A stretch of DNA of 64,000 nucleotides, from positions 7,626,001 through 7,690,000 of the forward strand of contig CM007989.1 in NCBI GenBank assembly GCA_002189035.1, given 5' to 3'. A program made the position numbers and the translations under genes. Below the pieces are notes generated by a model that saw nothing but the letters and a program-made list of their open reading frames with translations, was not told where the DNA came from and did no database searches. Numbering within the stretch: position 1 is the stretch's first letter; every line of letters starts with the position of its first letter. Below, one piece after another: positions 13,384-25,100 of this stretch. Source of the DNA: Utricularia gibba. Taxonomy: Eukaryota > Plantae > Magnoliophyta.

Positions 13384-16008
13384 GGTACAATGAATGAGCG
13401 AAATCAGGTTTGAAAACACTTATAATATTATACCTGTAGTGTGCTTATATGATTGTTGCTGAGGATTGAAGCTAAAGCAACTTTTGGCAGATGAACAAGG
13501 CCATCTCACTTTGCCTATCTCTCCTTTTCTTGTCACTGCAGTGAAGAGATGGTCCACCAACCAAGCAGAAAATAGACATTCCAAGTAGGTCAATTTCCTC
13601 CAAAGACTTGAGGGAAAACATTAGGTGGAGTTTGGACAACGAGATAGTTTGAAAAATTCAATACCTAAATCCTTGATTCCATTATCTAGGCCCTGGGGAT
13701 TTGTTTGCCAACCGCGCCATCACAGCTTCCTGCCTTGTAAATGAACACAGTTCTCTAAATTCTGCATCATTAACTGAGATACCCATACCACACCCACACC
13801 CACACCCGCCCTTCGTTCCCACACGCAAACAGAGGTGCATTTACTGAGAAACTTCCGTACTCTGTTGCCCAGAGAATCCAGTGATGAGAGCGATGGTTTC
13901 ATGGTGGACGCAATCATTCGATTCGCCCCTGTTGTGTTGAAACCTGTTTCAGCAAAATCCATCCAAAAACTGAAACGGGCACCACAACAAAACCATGATG
14001 ATCCCCGCAAAGCCATTCCCTCCGCTCCAATCCCCAAATCCACGTCACATACTTGCCGAACCCCATCACCTCTTCCTTCGCCACGCCCCAGAAATCAAAC
14101 CTTCGTTCTTTTCCTGAGTTTCCACAGCACAGATCTCCCTCAATGCCTGAACCCCAACTCGGTACTCCAGCAAGTTCCAACGTAACCAGCTTCAAAAAAA
14201 AAAACAAAACAATAAACATATTAATTAAATATACATTAAATTACGAAAGTAGATATTTTTCGTTTTTTAAAAAACTACTATTTATGGTACGAGACGCAAC
14301 CCCACGAATTATAGATATTCCAACGGTGGCAGTTGCCCTAACTAAACACACCTTTGTAATAAATTTATTTGAGAGAGATTAAACACATTTAATAACTAAG
14401 ATTAAACAAAAGCTTCAGGGTTACAGTTCTCTAATTGTAAGGGGCCCACCAAAAATAAAAACTCCAATTAATGCCAACATTTAATTCTATTGATGGGAAA
14501 AAAAGTGTTGAGAATATATGTATCCAAAAGCTATTGAATCCCACTTCACACAATCTTTTTTAATTTTTTTTGTAAACAAAATACCTAAATATTTTAATTC
14601 CAACTACAAATTTGAATAATACATATTTTATATAATTTTAATTAAACCCTATCATAATTAATATTTTACTTGGGCAATTCAATACCTATATTGATATTTT
14701 TTATTTTTTAATGATAAAAAATTTAGAAATATGTAATTATGCATATAAAATTTAAATGATACATACAATTCTTCAAATTAATTATTGAATTAAAAAATAT
14801 CTATTCATATCAACTTAAATTATCAAATATATTAGTATTTATCATATGTAATCATTGTTAGCTTATAAATTATATTTTATTTAGTAATTTGGATGATAAA
14901 TATTCAATTTATTTGAATTATTTAGCATTTATTCGAACTTTTAATTGCTCACCACTATTCCATGTGATTCAGTTGTGTTGAAAAAGAAAGCATAGAGATC
15001 AATCAATCTTCCATGACTCAGAGAGACATGAGTGTAATATACTAAAACAAGTGTCCCCTAACTCACTATCCTTATCAATCATCATCTTTTATACATTTGG
15101 TATCCTATTTCGAATACGTAATCCCGAAATTCTTATGAAATCAAATTAGACGCATACGAATACCAAAATATTGAAAACTTTCATATTTGATTCACTAAAT
15201 CGAAAAACTATTGGAAAAGAATACGAAATTTAGCACGTAATGGAAATTTGTTTTTTCGTGAATTGGATTGAATCGAATCGAAAATAGAATAAACATGTGT
15301 TTAATTGAATTTGTATGTGAAACGCGAAATACTTATACAAGCAAAGGAAATGAATGAAAACTGAATGCTTTTTCTTTTCTTTTCTTCAGTCAAGACTACG
15401 CCTTCATCATAGAAAGCGAGGTATGGTATAGTGTGGGTATGGTACGGTACGCTCCCCGTAGATGAGCTTTAGTTTCTCTCTCACGCACAATACACACACT
15501 GACAGACCACACAGAAAATCTGTCTGTGGTGCTGGTGCTTCAATTGGCAAAGAGGTAAAGTTGGTATAATACGTTGGCTGGCCATTGAACCCTTTTCCTT
15601 TATCCCGCTTAAAGCTACTCAATTTCTGCTGTTTTTACTTCCTTTTAACCACGTTTTCGTCTCACGGTTCACCCCTCCTTCTTCTTCGTCTTGTTCAGAT
15701 TTGGGAATAAGTAAGTTGCAGAGAAGAAGTTGGGTGTATTTTCTTCCTCAGACTTTCTTGGGGTTGTTCAGAATTTGTTGAATGATCACGTTGCTTCTGT
15801 AACCTGGGTTGCTTTATTCTGTGGTGTCCAGAAAGTCGATTCTTATTTTTTTCCTCCCCGACTTCTTCTTCGGTTCTTTTTCTCGTTTCCCGAGAACGAT
15901 ATTCATTTTCTACGGCAGTTCTTCCAGAAAAATCACCTGATCTTCTCTTCCCATCTTCCTCTGTGACCATTAAGAGCAACAGCAAGCTGCGATCTGATTG
16001 GTTTGAAG

Positions 16009-18467
16009 ATGGAGGACAATAACCCCTTGTGCGGATCCAAACACTGTCCCGGCTGCGGCCATAAACTCGATGGAAAACCAGTGAGTTCCTCCTCCTCGGT
16101 CTTTCTTTCTGTCCTTCTTCTTCCTAAGATGGTGGTGTGGTGTAAGGATTGGGTGGGGTTGCCGGCGGGGTGAAGTTTGATCCCACCGACCAAGAACTGA
16201 TCGAGCATCTGGAAGCTAAAGCTCAAGGGAAGGAGTCCAAATCTCATCCCTTGATCGACGAGTTCATTCCGACCATCGACGGCGAAGACGGGATCTGCTA
16301 TACCCATCCCGAGAAGCTCCCTGGTTCGTATTTTTCTTAGCAACACGCACCCTACACACAGTCCCGATGGATCGATCGTGTGTGTTTAGACTTAAGTCGC
16401 CTGGGTTGGTAACCTAACCTTACTTTGCTTCATCAACCATCCAATCAAGCAAACTCTTCTCTCCTTGTCAGAAAGTAACTGTAAATTCTCAGAACTGAGA
16501 ATCAGTTAGGGTTTTTCATTTTTGTGTTTTCGTTTGCAGGAGTGACGAGAGATGGTTTGAGTAGGCACTTCTTTCACCGGCCGTCGAAAGCATACACGAC
16601 GGGGACACGGAAGAGGAGGAAAATACAAACGGAGTGCGATCTTCAAGGGGCGAGACACGGTGGCACAAGACCGGGAAAACGAGGCCGGTGATGGCAAACG
16701 GCAAGCAAAAGGGTGCAAGAAGATACTGGTTTTGTACACCAATTTCGGGAAAAACAGGAAACCGGAAAAAACCAACTGGGTAATGCACCAGTACCATTTA
16801 GGGAAGCATGAGGAGGAGAAAGAAGGTGAGCTTGTTGTTTCGAAGATCTTCTACCAGACTCAGCCACGTCAGTGCAATTGGTCGGAGAGAATCTCCGGCG
16901 GGGTCGCCGCCAGCGCTGCTGTTACCGACAGCGGCGGCAGCTCCTCATCCCGAAAAGATGAGTTCGCTGCAGCGGCAGGTAATCTAGCAGCGATTCCGGG
17001 TTACAATGCACCTGATATACATCGCCATTTCGGGTTTCTCCCCGTCTCCTTCGACCAGGTAAAAAATGGAATTTATAATATTCCCCGCATACAGTAACAT
17101 CGTGTGTTACGTAAATATTGGTGGGGCGTTTTTGCACAGGGTGACAGGATCGGAGAAGCTTCCATCGGACGGGAAGCAGGCGGAGGCGCGTGCGAGGACG
17201 TGATCGGAGAGCCACGCCTTCATCACCCTCAGCAGCAGCAGCAACGACACCAAATTAGCACAGCCTTCAACATACGCAGGCCATCGCATTCCGTCTCCAC
17301 GATCATCTCGCCGGCGTCCATGAACATGATCCTCGATCAAGATCACTCCTTTGATGTCATCAACCTCCCCCATCAAAGTTTCCAGGTTTTGCCTTTTCAC
17401 TCATTCTTGTCGCGCCCCCGACATGAAATCATTCACGAACCCCATCCCTTTTCTTGCATGCTTATCATGATCACCCCCACGTCATCACACCATCCATTCT
17501 TTCTAACCCTAAATCCCTTATTCCTGCATTTCCACAGCCCCCGCCGCAGCCACCTCCGCCGGCGCCGCCGCAGCATCACAAACTGGGAGGGCGCTCAACC
17601 TCTGGATTGGAGGAAATCATCATGGGATGCACTTCAAGTGACATTAAAGAAGTAAGTAACTTCCAAATGCACTTTTTTTCTTCCCCCCCACGTGACAAAC
17701 CCTACACCTTACGCAAATCTACCCCCTCAAGCAGCATGACAGAGAAAAAAAAAAGGGCAAAAGTACAAACCACCAAACCATGTGTTGGTCTGTGTGGGTG
17801 AGAAAATAACCGTTTTTTATTTTTGAAAAAGTATTTTTTTAATAAAAATATTTAATAGGGAAAAGCAGTTACTTTTCTAAACATCTACTAATCTACTATC
17901 TTATTCCTGTAAACTATCTTCAAAACAAGAAAAAAAGCAGAGAAGAGAAAACCCTTTTTCTTTTTTAGTCATCCCCTTTCTTTATCTCTGTGCTCTTTAA
18001 CTTCGATCCCATTCCCATCCCTTTCTTCATTCAAACAGCTACATGGTTTTGAGATCCAGACAATGAAGTCTTTCAGCTTGTGCCTTACCGTATAAACATA
18101 GCAGAGGCTTCTGAGTTTGTGCCAGAAACTGGCTCCAAGAGCAAGTCTGCACATTTCTGATACTCTCTTGCCATTCAAAAAGCGCAAAGGGTGTGCGCCA
18201 TGAACACTTATTCCTTCTGTTGATAAAGAACTATGGATAGGAAAGGAACCCTGAGCCCTTTTCCCCTTTGGCATCCTAAGAGACCATTTTTTTTTATTTG
18301 TTTGTTTGTTTGCTTCTCAGGTGGATTTTGTGTATGTTTTACTGATAAACGCGAAACTGGAACCTCATTTGTTGCAGGAATCGACGATGGGGAACCAACA
18401 GGAAGCGGAGTGGTTGAAGTATTCGACGTTTTGGCCGGAGCCGGACAGCCACGATCATCATGGATAG
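16009..18467 (+). CDS. NAC075: NAC transcription factor, NAC075 (SND2/SND3/NAC075 clade); three apparent frameshifts; true N-terminus may lie further upstream
   Basis: [18 protein letters not shown]|[22 protein letters not shown]...[53 protein letters not shown]. Clade-typical C-terminus [16 protein letters not shown]...[24 protein letters not shown] 18465-18467. Confidence 0.92.
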
Positions 18468-19754
18468 CCCCGATCGGAGACCAGAACTGAAAACGGCGCC
18501 GTCAGCCGTCACCGCCGTCTCAGGTGACCCTACACTGCTCATGCTATTACAATGAGGAGAAAACTGATGCTTGAAAAGGGTGAAGAAGCGAGGGCAACGT
18601 TACTACAGAGTACAGACGGACAGACAACAAGCATCAGGAAGGAATCTGGAGCAGGCGGTCATGGCTGTTCAGCTATTTGATTATTATTTCTACTTATTCG
18701 CATATAACGAAGATTATATAGATTTTAATGCGTTTTCCACCGAAAATGACAATTTTCACAATATAAAAATTTTAAAAAATTCATTACTCAGATATCTAAT
18801 AATATCATAATTTAATTTTTTAATTGCATTTTTAATATACTTGGATTCATGCATTGTTATAAAAACCACAGTTGAATCGAGTTTGAACTATTTTAGAATA
18901 GGAGCCGTTCATAATAACGATTTAATCAAATTCAAAATATTTTAAAATATATAAAATCAATTACGATCTACTCATAGTTAAATTGCGATTGAATTATAAT
19001 TAGACTGTAATCAAATTATCCAAATTTTATTTTTTTATGAAAAACGAGTGATTCAATCACAAATTAAACTATACTTGAACACTTTTAATTGGATGAAAAA
19101 TGTAGAATTCATTTGATAGTAGGGTATTAATATACTTAAATATTTAAATATAGTATAATTGAGTATGTTGTATATACTAAATTTTATATAATATTTGATA
19201 TCTGATAATAAAAGTTCAAGTATATGATTGATATAGATATAATCAAACCCCTTTCTTCCATTTGTGTATACCATCTACATCTTCAAAAAATAAATATGTG
19301 AGTAATATAGTTATACAAGATTAACATATGTATATATATATATATTAAAAAATTGTGATATATGAATAATGAAACATTAATTTATATGTAAATTTGATTA
19401 CACTCATAGAACATGGTTTATAGTTGTAATACAAAAAAAATTCTTGAATTTAAATCATAAAAAAATTAAATTGGAACCTGATAATTTTGATATAAAAAAT
19501 TAAATAATTTTAAAAAAGAAGGAAATTTCAAAACTGGGGTTGTCTCAACTGAATTAAAAAATTCGAATTGAATATTAATTTACCACAAATTGATTATGTT
19601 ATAGAGAATAAGAAATAATATAATATTTTATAATAATAATATTATTATTTTCAAACACGTGTTACAATTTAATTCTAGGAAAACCCAAAAATTGAGTAGG
19701 GACAGCAGCCGTATGCACTAAATTAGGATTGGACTGTATAGAAAGTGACAACAT

Positions 19755-19810
19755 ACAATAATAGTAATAATAATAATAATAGTAATAGTAATAGTAGTAG
19801 TAGACTAGTA
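19755..19810. repeat. Compound (AAT/AGT)n microsatellite
   Basis: aataatagtaataataataataatagtaatagtaatagtagtagtag read directly; it generates the spurious polyY/polyL/polyN ORFs in the track. Confidence 0.9.
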
Positions 19811-19979
19811 GTCCGCCGGAGGGGTAGTGGAGGAGAGGTAAAGCAGGGGGATGTCTTGTCCAAAGCGGGGCCATGCGAGCTTGTAAGAAAACGATTCCTC
19901 TTAAATCTCGTGGCTGGAGTTAGACGTGGACGCCTGAAGCAAAATGATACCCGCAATTAATGGAAGTGCCGGCGGCGCT

Positions 19980-21185
19980 TCACGGGCTCGGTGTCGCCGC
20001 CGCGGTTTCAAGCCCGCCCACGATCGACCCACAGACCAGCGGCTTTGTCAACGGGTTTCTCAGGCAGCTCAATCCGTCGCCGGGGTTGGAGGAGCACTCT
20101 GGCGGAGGGCGTTGCATCCCTTTGCCTGGAATGCAGTTGAACGAGAAATCGAATCCCACGTCCCTGAAAGTAAGCCTCTCGCAGTCTTGATTGAACCCGG
20201 AAAAGAAATTGGCTGAAACGGTTAAGTTGATGAGGTTCCTCAAGGAACAGAGGAGTTCGGGGAGCTCCCCGGAGAGCTTATTGTTGGCGAAATTGAGGAC
20301 TTCGATCCCACTGAGACAAGTCAGGGAGTCGGGTAAATGGCCGCTGAGTGAATTGGAGCTCACGTCCAATACTTGGAGATCAGTCCACAGCCCAATTCCT
20401 TCAGGGACGCAGCCAGTGAGTTTGTTGTTCAGAAACAAGATTTCTTTGACCCCCACGTAGCTGAAAGTAAAAGGAATGTTCCCACTGAGCTTATTGTTGG
20501 CAAAGTTCATGACAGAAGCAGGGGAACTAGCTAAATTTTCAGGGATTTCACCATCAAACAGATTGTTGTTGAGAAAAATCGCGTCCAGTTTCTTGTTGAA
20601 GAGCTCCATGGGAAGTGGCCCAGAGAAGTAATTGAATCTGAGGTCCAAGTAGAGGAGATTGGGGATATACAGAATCGCAGCAGGGAAGGATCCTGAGAAA
20701 CGGTTGTTGCTGAGATCTAATTCAGTGAGCGAACTCAAATCTCTCAGAGAAAAAGGGATTGTCCCCGAGAATCTGTTGCTGTTGAGATGCAGAATGGACA
20801 AATCCGTGAGATACGACAGCTCTCCAACCAAGCTCCCTTGAAGATTTCCATGGTTTAGATCTATAGCCGCAACAATCCTTCCAGTGGGATTCCCCAGCAA
20901 GTCTTGAGAATCAGCACAAAACACTCCTTTATAAGAACAAACATCCGAACCAACCCAAGTACTCAAAATGCCCGAAGGATCATCAGTAATTGCAGACTTC
21001 CAAGCTTGAAGAGCAGCGTACGGTGAACCCGTGCGTCCGAAAGGGTCTCCCGGCGGGCTATTTCCTTCCCCCAGCCACAGATTTCCACCCCCGCCGCCGC
21101 CGATGGGGACCCCAACTGAAAGCGCGGATCGCACCAGCGCCGTTGCATGGAGAAGCAAAACAAGAAAACAAGCACAGTTTTCCAT
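19980..21185 (-). CDS. Intronless secreted leucine-rich-repeat protein (LRX-like LRR domain, no extensin tail)
   Basis: Signal peptide MENCACFLVLLLHATALVRSALS. LRRNT ALQAWKSAITDDP...WVGSDVCSYKGVFC, AAIDLNHGNL, repeated LxxLDLSNNxFSG units, C-terminal FNCIPG...QRPPPEC. Confidence 0.9.
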   Translation of the reverse strand: MENCACFLVLLLHATALVRSALSVGVPIGGGGGGNLWLGEGNSPPGDPFGRTGSPYAALQAWKSAITDDPSGILSTWVGSDVCSYKGVFCADSQDLLGNPTGRIVAAIDLNHGNLQGSLVGELSYLTDLSILHLNSNRFSGTIPFSLRDLSSLTELDLSNNRFSGSFPAAILYIPNLLYLDLRFNYFSGPLPMELFNKKLDAIFLNNNLFDGEIPENLASSPASVMNFANNKLSGNIPFTFSYVGVKEILFLNNKLTGCVPEGIGLWTDLQVLDVSSNSLSGHLPDSLTCLSGIEVLNFANNKLSGELPELLCSLRNLINLTVSANFFSGFNQDCERLTFRDVGFDFSFNCIPGKGMQRPPPECSSNPGDGLSCLRNPLTKPLVCGSIVGGLETAAATPSP

Positions 21186-23373
21186 ACGCCGGGGAACGGG
21201 AACGCGATTCCGGGGAGCCGTAGCGCGTACTGTAGAAAGGAAACCGGAATTCAAATCAACGTTTCTTCCGCAAACTTATTTTAATTATATTATTTTTTCC
21301 TTTACCAGCTTGAAAAATGTATTATACAAACTTCAGAATTTTAAATATATTTATTATAAATTCCAGCTGTAATTCTTTCGTTTGTGGGCCAGCCCCGCCG
21401 CATTATGATTGGACACGCACGCTCCCGCCAAATCTATCTGCGTGGTCGGCATTCTTGCAACCAACAAGCTATGTACACAAGGATGCACCTAATTAATATT
21501 TTTAAATAAATTCAAAAAAATATTCGAAATAAACAGTTTATTTTAAAATATTTTTTTACAGAAAATAATATGATTAGGATATTGTATTTAGAAGTTATTA
21601 AGTAATTAAAACTACGATTTAAATACTTCTACATAAATAAATTCAACATAATTAAATATATTATAAATTTCAATGCATACTTTTATTTTAAATCATATAA
21701 TTACTATTTAAATAAAGTGCCACCAGAGTATTTAATGTATATAAATGATATGGTAAATTATTAAAAAAGGATGGTAAATATCTGAATTCAACCCGACAAA
21801 TTTAGAACAAGTTTCGAGAGTGTGATATAGATATTGTGAATCATCACGGTTTGATGTGCATGTGTATTCGTATTCGTATTTTTAAGATTTATTTTCTCAA
21901 ATTTTATTTTTCCATTTGGTCATCGTAAAAAAAAATTCACTGCCCCTAATGTGTTTGGCATATAAGTACTATTTTGAAATGATGATTAAATTGATCGAAT
22001 TATGATTAGATGATGATTTATTGTTTTCATTTTAAAATAATTTGAATTTAATCCAATCATTTTGGTTAACTCAAATTCAACTTATGACTGCATAAAAAAA
22101 GGGTTCTAAAACAATAGTAACTAGGGCGTGTTAAAGCCGAAGACGTGAAATTGGGTAATTGAAGAGTTGAAAATGACTTGGGGTTTTTGCACAGGAGGCC
22201 TCATAAAACCTCGTATTTTCACCGGGTGGTCCTTCCCATGTAGTCGACGGGAGTGAGTGAGTGAGCGACGGAGCGACGTCGGCAGGAAAAATCCGACGTG
22301 CAGCAGTCCAAGTTCCGCCGCCTCGCGCAGGTCTCCCGCCGTTTTGAGTCCGCCCCTTCGAACGAATGCTTAGGTCCCTTTGGTGAGATGCAATTGGATT
22401 GACTTTTATTTAGGATAAAAAAATCATTTTTTCAGAAATAGAAAAAATTAAACTTTTTCTTTAAATTTATTTTTATCCTTTATTATATTATTTTAATGAA
22501 TTAATTTTTACTTATACATAATTTAACCATCAAATTAAACATATAATCAATATTTAATTTTGTGCGTAGCGTAAACCTTTCATTTAAATCCAACAAAACA
22601 CATCTTTAGTTTTTAGGTTGAGTGAAGTGAGGCCAAAGGTAGAAAATGGAAATGATAATAATTAATTTTAAAGATTGATATTTAAATATCACTCATATGA
22701 AATATAAATCCATCTAATTTATTAATTTAATTAACTTTATGATATCAAATATAATATAATTTTTTATTTGAAAATTTTTTAGTACTATTATCTATTATTG
22801 AAATTTCGATAATATTTATACATAAATTTAGCCATAACTTTTTTTTATGAAACACATCATATTTTTTATTAAATAATATTCTCTAAAAAACCATACTCAT
22901 GTTTTTTAATTCATTCCTTTTTATACACATTAATCATATTTATATCTAACCTGAAATAAATTAAAATACAATATCAAGCAACATTATTGGCATGCAATCC
23001 AATGTGCGTGGCGATTAAGCTCTAGACTTGGATCATTAGCAAAACGACCAGATCAAGAAAGAGAACCAGCAAACATGTTGAGAAAGTTGGAGCATCACCA
23101 GATAAAACCATCAAAGTGGAGGGAGGGGAAGAATCATGACATGCTCATGCTGAGTCGAAATACAAGTTTCCATCACCAAATAAGCCAACACACAAAGTGC
23201 ACAGATTTGATCATATAAAGTAAAGCTGTCCGTAAATACTGGTAGCCAGACTTTTCTCCTCCTGCCAAGAATCCACATGTTGAAAAGTGCAAACCATAGA
23301 GCAGAAAGTGAAACAGCGGCTTTAGAGTTGATAGTGCATATGTGAATAAAACATGAGAAATCTTACCTAGTGA

Positions 23374-24675
23374 TTAAAGCCCCTGCTCAATGAGGTAATC
23401 ACCTATCCTCTCAACAAGCACGTTGCATTGGCCTGGAGCCATGGGCTCATCATAGATGCCAATGATTAGGGCAAGCCCGGTTTTCTTTATTGTTGCGCCA
23501 CCAGCTCCCTAGCCCAAAATCAATATATCAATGTAATGAGATGATGCAAACGGTCAGAAGACAAACTTGGTGGGAAACATATACAATTCTGAGTACTGGC
23601 ACATCTTAACTTAGAAAACGATCTACAAGTGAACAAAGGCATCTGAAAAGTGCCAGGGAATTCGATGCTAATCTACTGTACCAAACTTCATTCCATAAAT
23701 GATATCGGAAGCTTCAACTTTTATCTTGCATCATGCCGATGCAATCTTAATGAGAAGGGGATATGATAAGGTTGCAAAGAGAGGAGCAGATTTCGACATT
23801 TGAAAGGAGCAATTTTCACTTACAATAGAGGAGTGTCAACATACCTTCTTCCCTCGAATGACTGCCCCAGGCTCGCCTTGAATCACCATGTATTTAATTC
23901 CCCCAATGTACAAACCTGTAGGGGCTAGTGTGCCAGGAGCTTCAAAGTCGCTCAACACAGCAGTTAGCTCCTCATGCTTGAACTGCATTAGTATGATTCA
24001 AGAGATAGATATAATCTTTTGCAGATAAAAACTGAAAACTTGTCGACGAAACATCAGGCTATTGCTAACGATTAAAAATTGAATGCAACAAGCATCTTTC
24101 TGATTGAAAATAAATTTTCTAATGCATTCAAAGAAACCAAAAGTTCTCACAAGCATCGCCACATGATGGTAGGTGTTGAGTTAAAGATGATCACTTTCAA
24201 CCAAATAAAATATAATGCAAACAAAGAACAGACTTTCGGACCAGATCAGGCTATAAAGAAAATCAAACAAGCTCTGATAATAGATCTGGAAGCCAGATCA
24301 GGCTATACAAGAACTGCTAGATCAAATTACTTCAGAATTAATATAAACATATCTAATTTCAAAAAAACCTAAAAAATTCAAATCAAGTAAAACGAAGTCA
24401 AAAATTGGCTGGAGCAAAGGACACTGAAAAATCAGACTTAATTTCAAGAAATCCCAAATTGAATCTGCCAGCCCAATTAAATTCGAATCAAAATCAATAA
24501 CAAAGCACCAGATCCAGAAAAGCAACACATTCGGTAATTAAACAAGGCGAACCACTGGGAAAGTTGCGCTCTGGGCCCAGACGCTGCCGTCATGGCCTAT
24601 AATGGCAGCGGAAGTAAGGCGGCAGCCTTCATAATCGGCCATCAAATGGTCGTCGATGTAGGTTTGCCACGACAT
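23374..24675 (-). CDS. PRF: Profilin (3 coding exons)
   Basis: Exon 1 24675-24553 [12 protein letters not shown]...WAQSATFPV. Exon 2 about 23983-23846 FKHEEL...[24 protein letters not shown]. Exon 3 [44 protein letters not shown]. Confidence 0.96.
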
Positions 24676-25100
24676 GGTTGAGAGTCGACGACAAAAAATA
24701 CGCCTTGCTGCTGAAGTGCGAAAATGGTGATGCACGACTGCGAACGGAACTTTATGCTGACGAGTCGAGCATCTTGACCATGAAAAGACTATTTCACCCC
24801 TCCCGTTTACTCCTCGGTCGCGTATGAGAGATTTCAAATATTCCTCCACGATTTCCTCCCCATTGCTTGTACGGGAGGGCTCAACCGTAATTACAGAGTG
24901 TCGGTATTTTCTCTCTCCACGAAACGGGTTTAAATTTCAAAATTTCTCATAAGCTTTTGTTCTTCGCAAAATTCTCCGCCATTTTCCGTTGGAATCTCCG
25001 TTTCTTGTTGGGAGCGTGACGGCCACGCCCGCGAACGGCGGTTTCTCTGAGCTCCGCGGCTTGAGTGAACGGTTTTGGAATCTGAGAACCGTGAACGCTG

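Noticed and set aside
19662-19960. PolyY, polyL and polyN ORFs
   Set aside because: Translation artefacts of the AAT/AGT microsatellite.
24676-24849. In-frame upstream extension of profilin in the ORF track
   Set aside because: It starts at GTG, lies in the promoter shared with SPC24, and the canonical MSWQ start is present.
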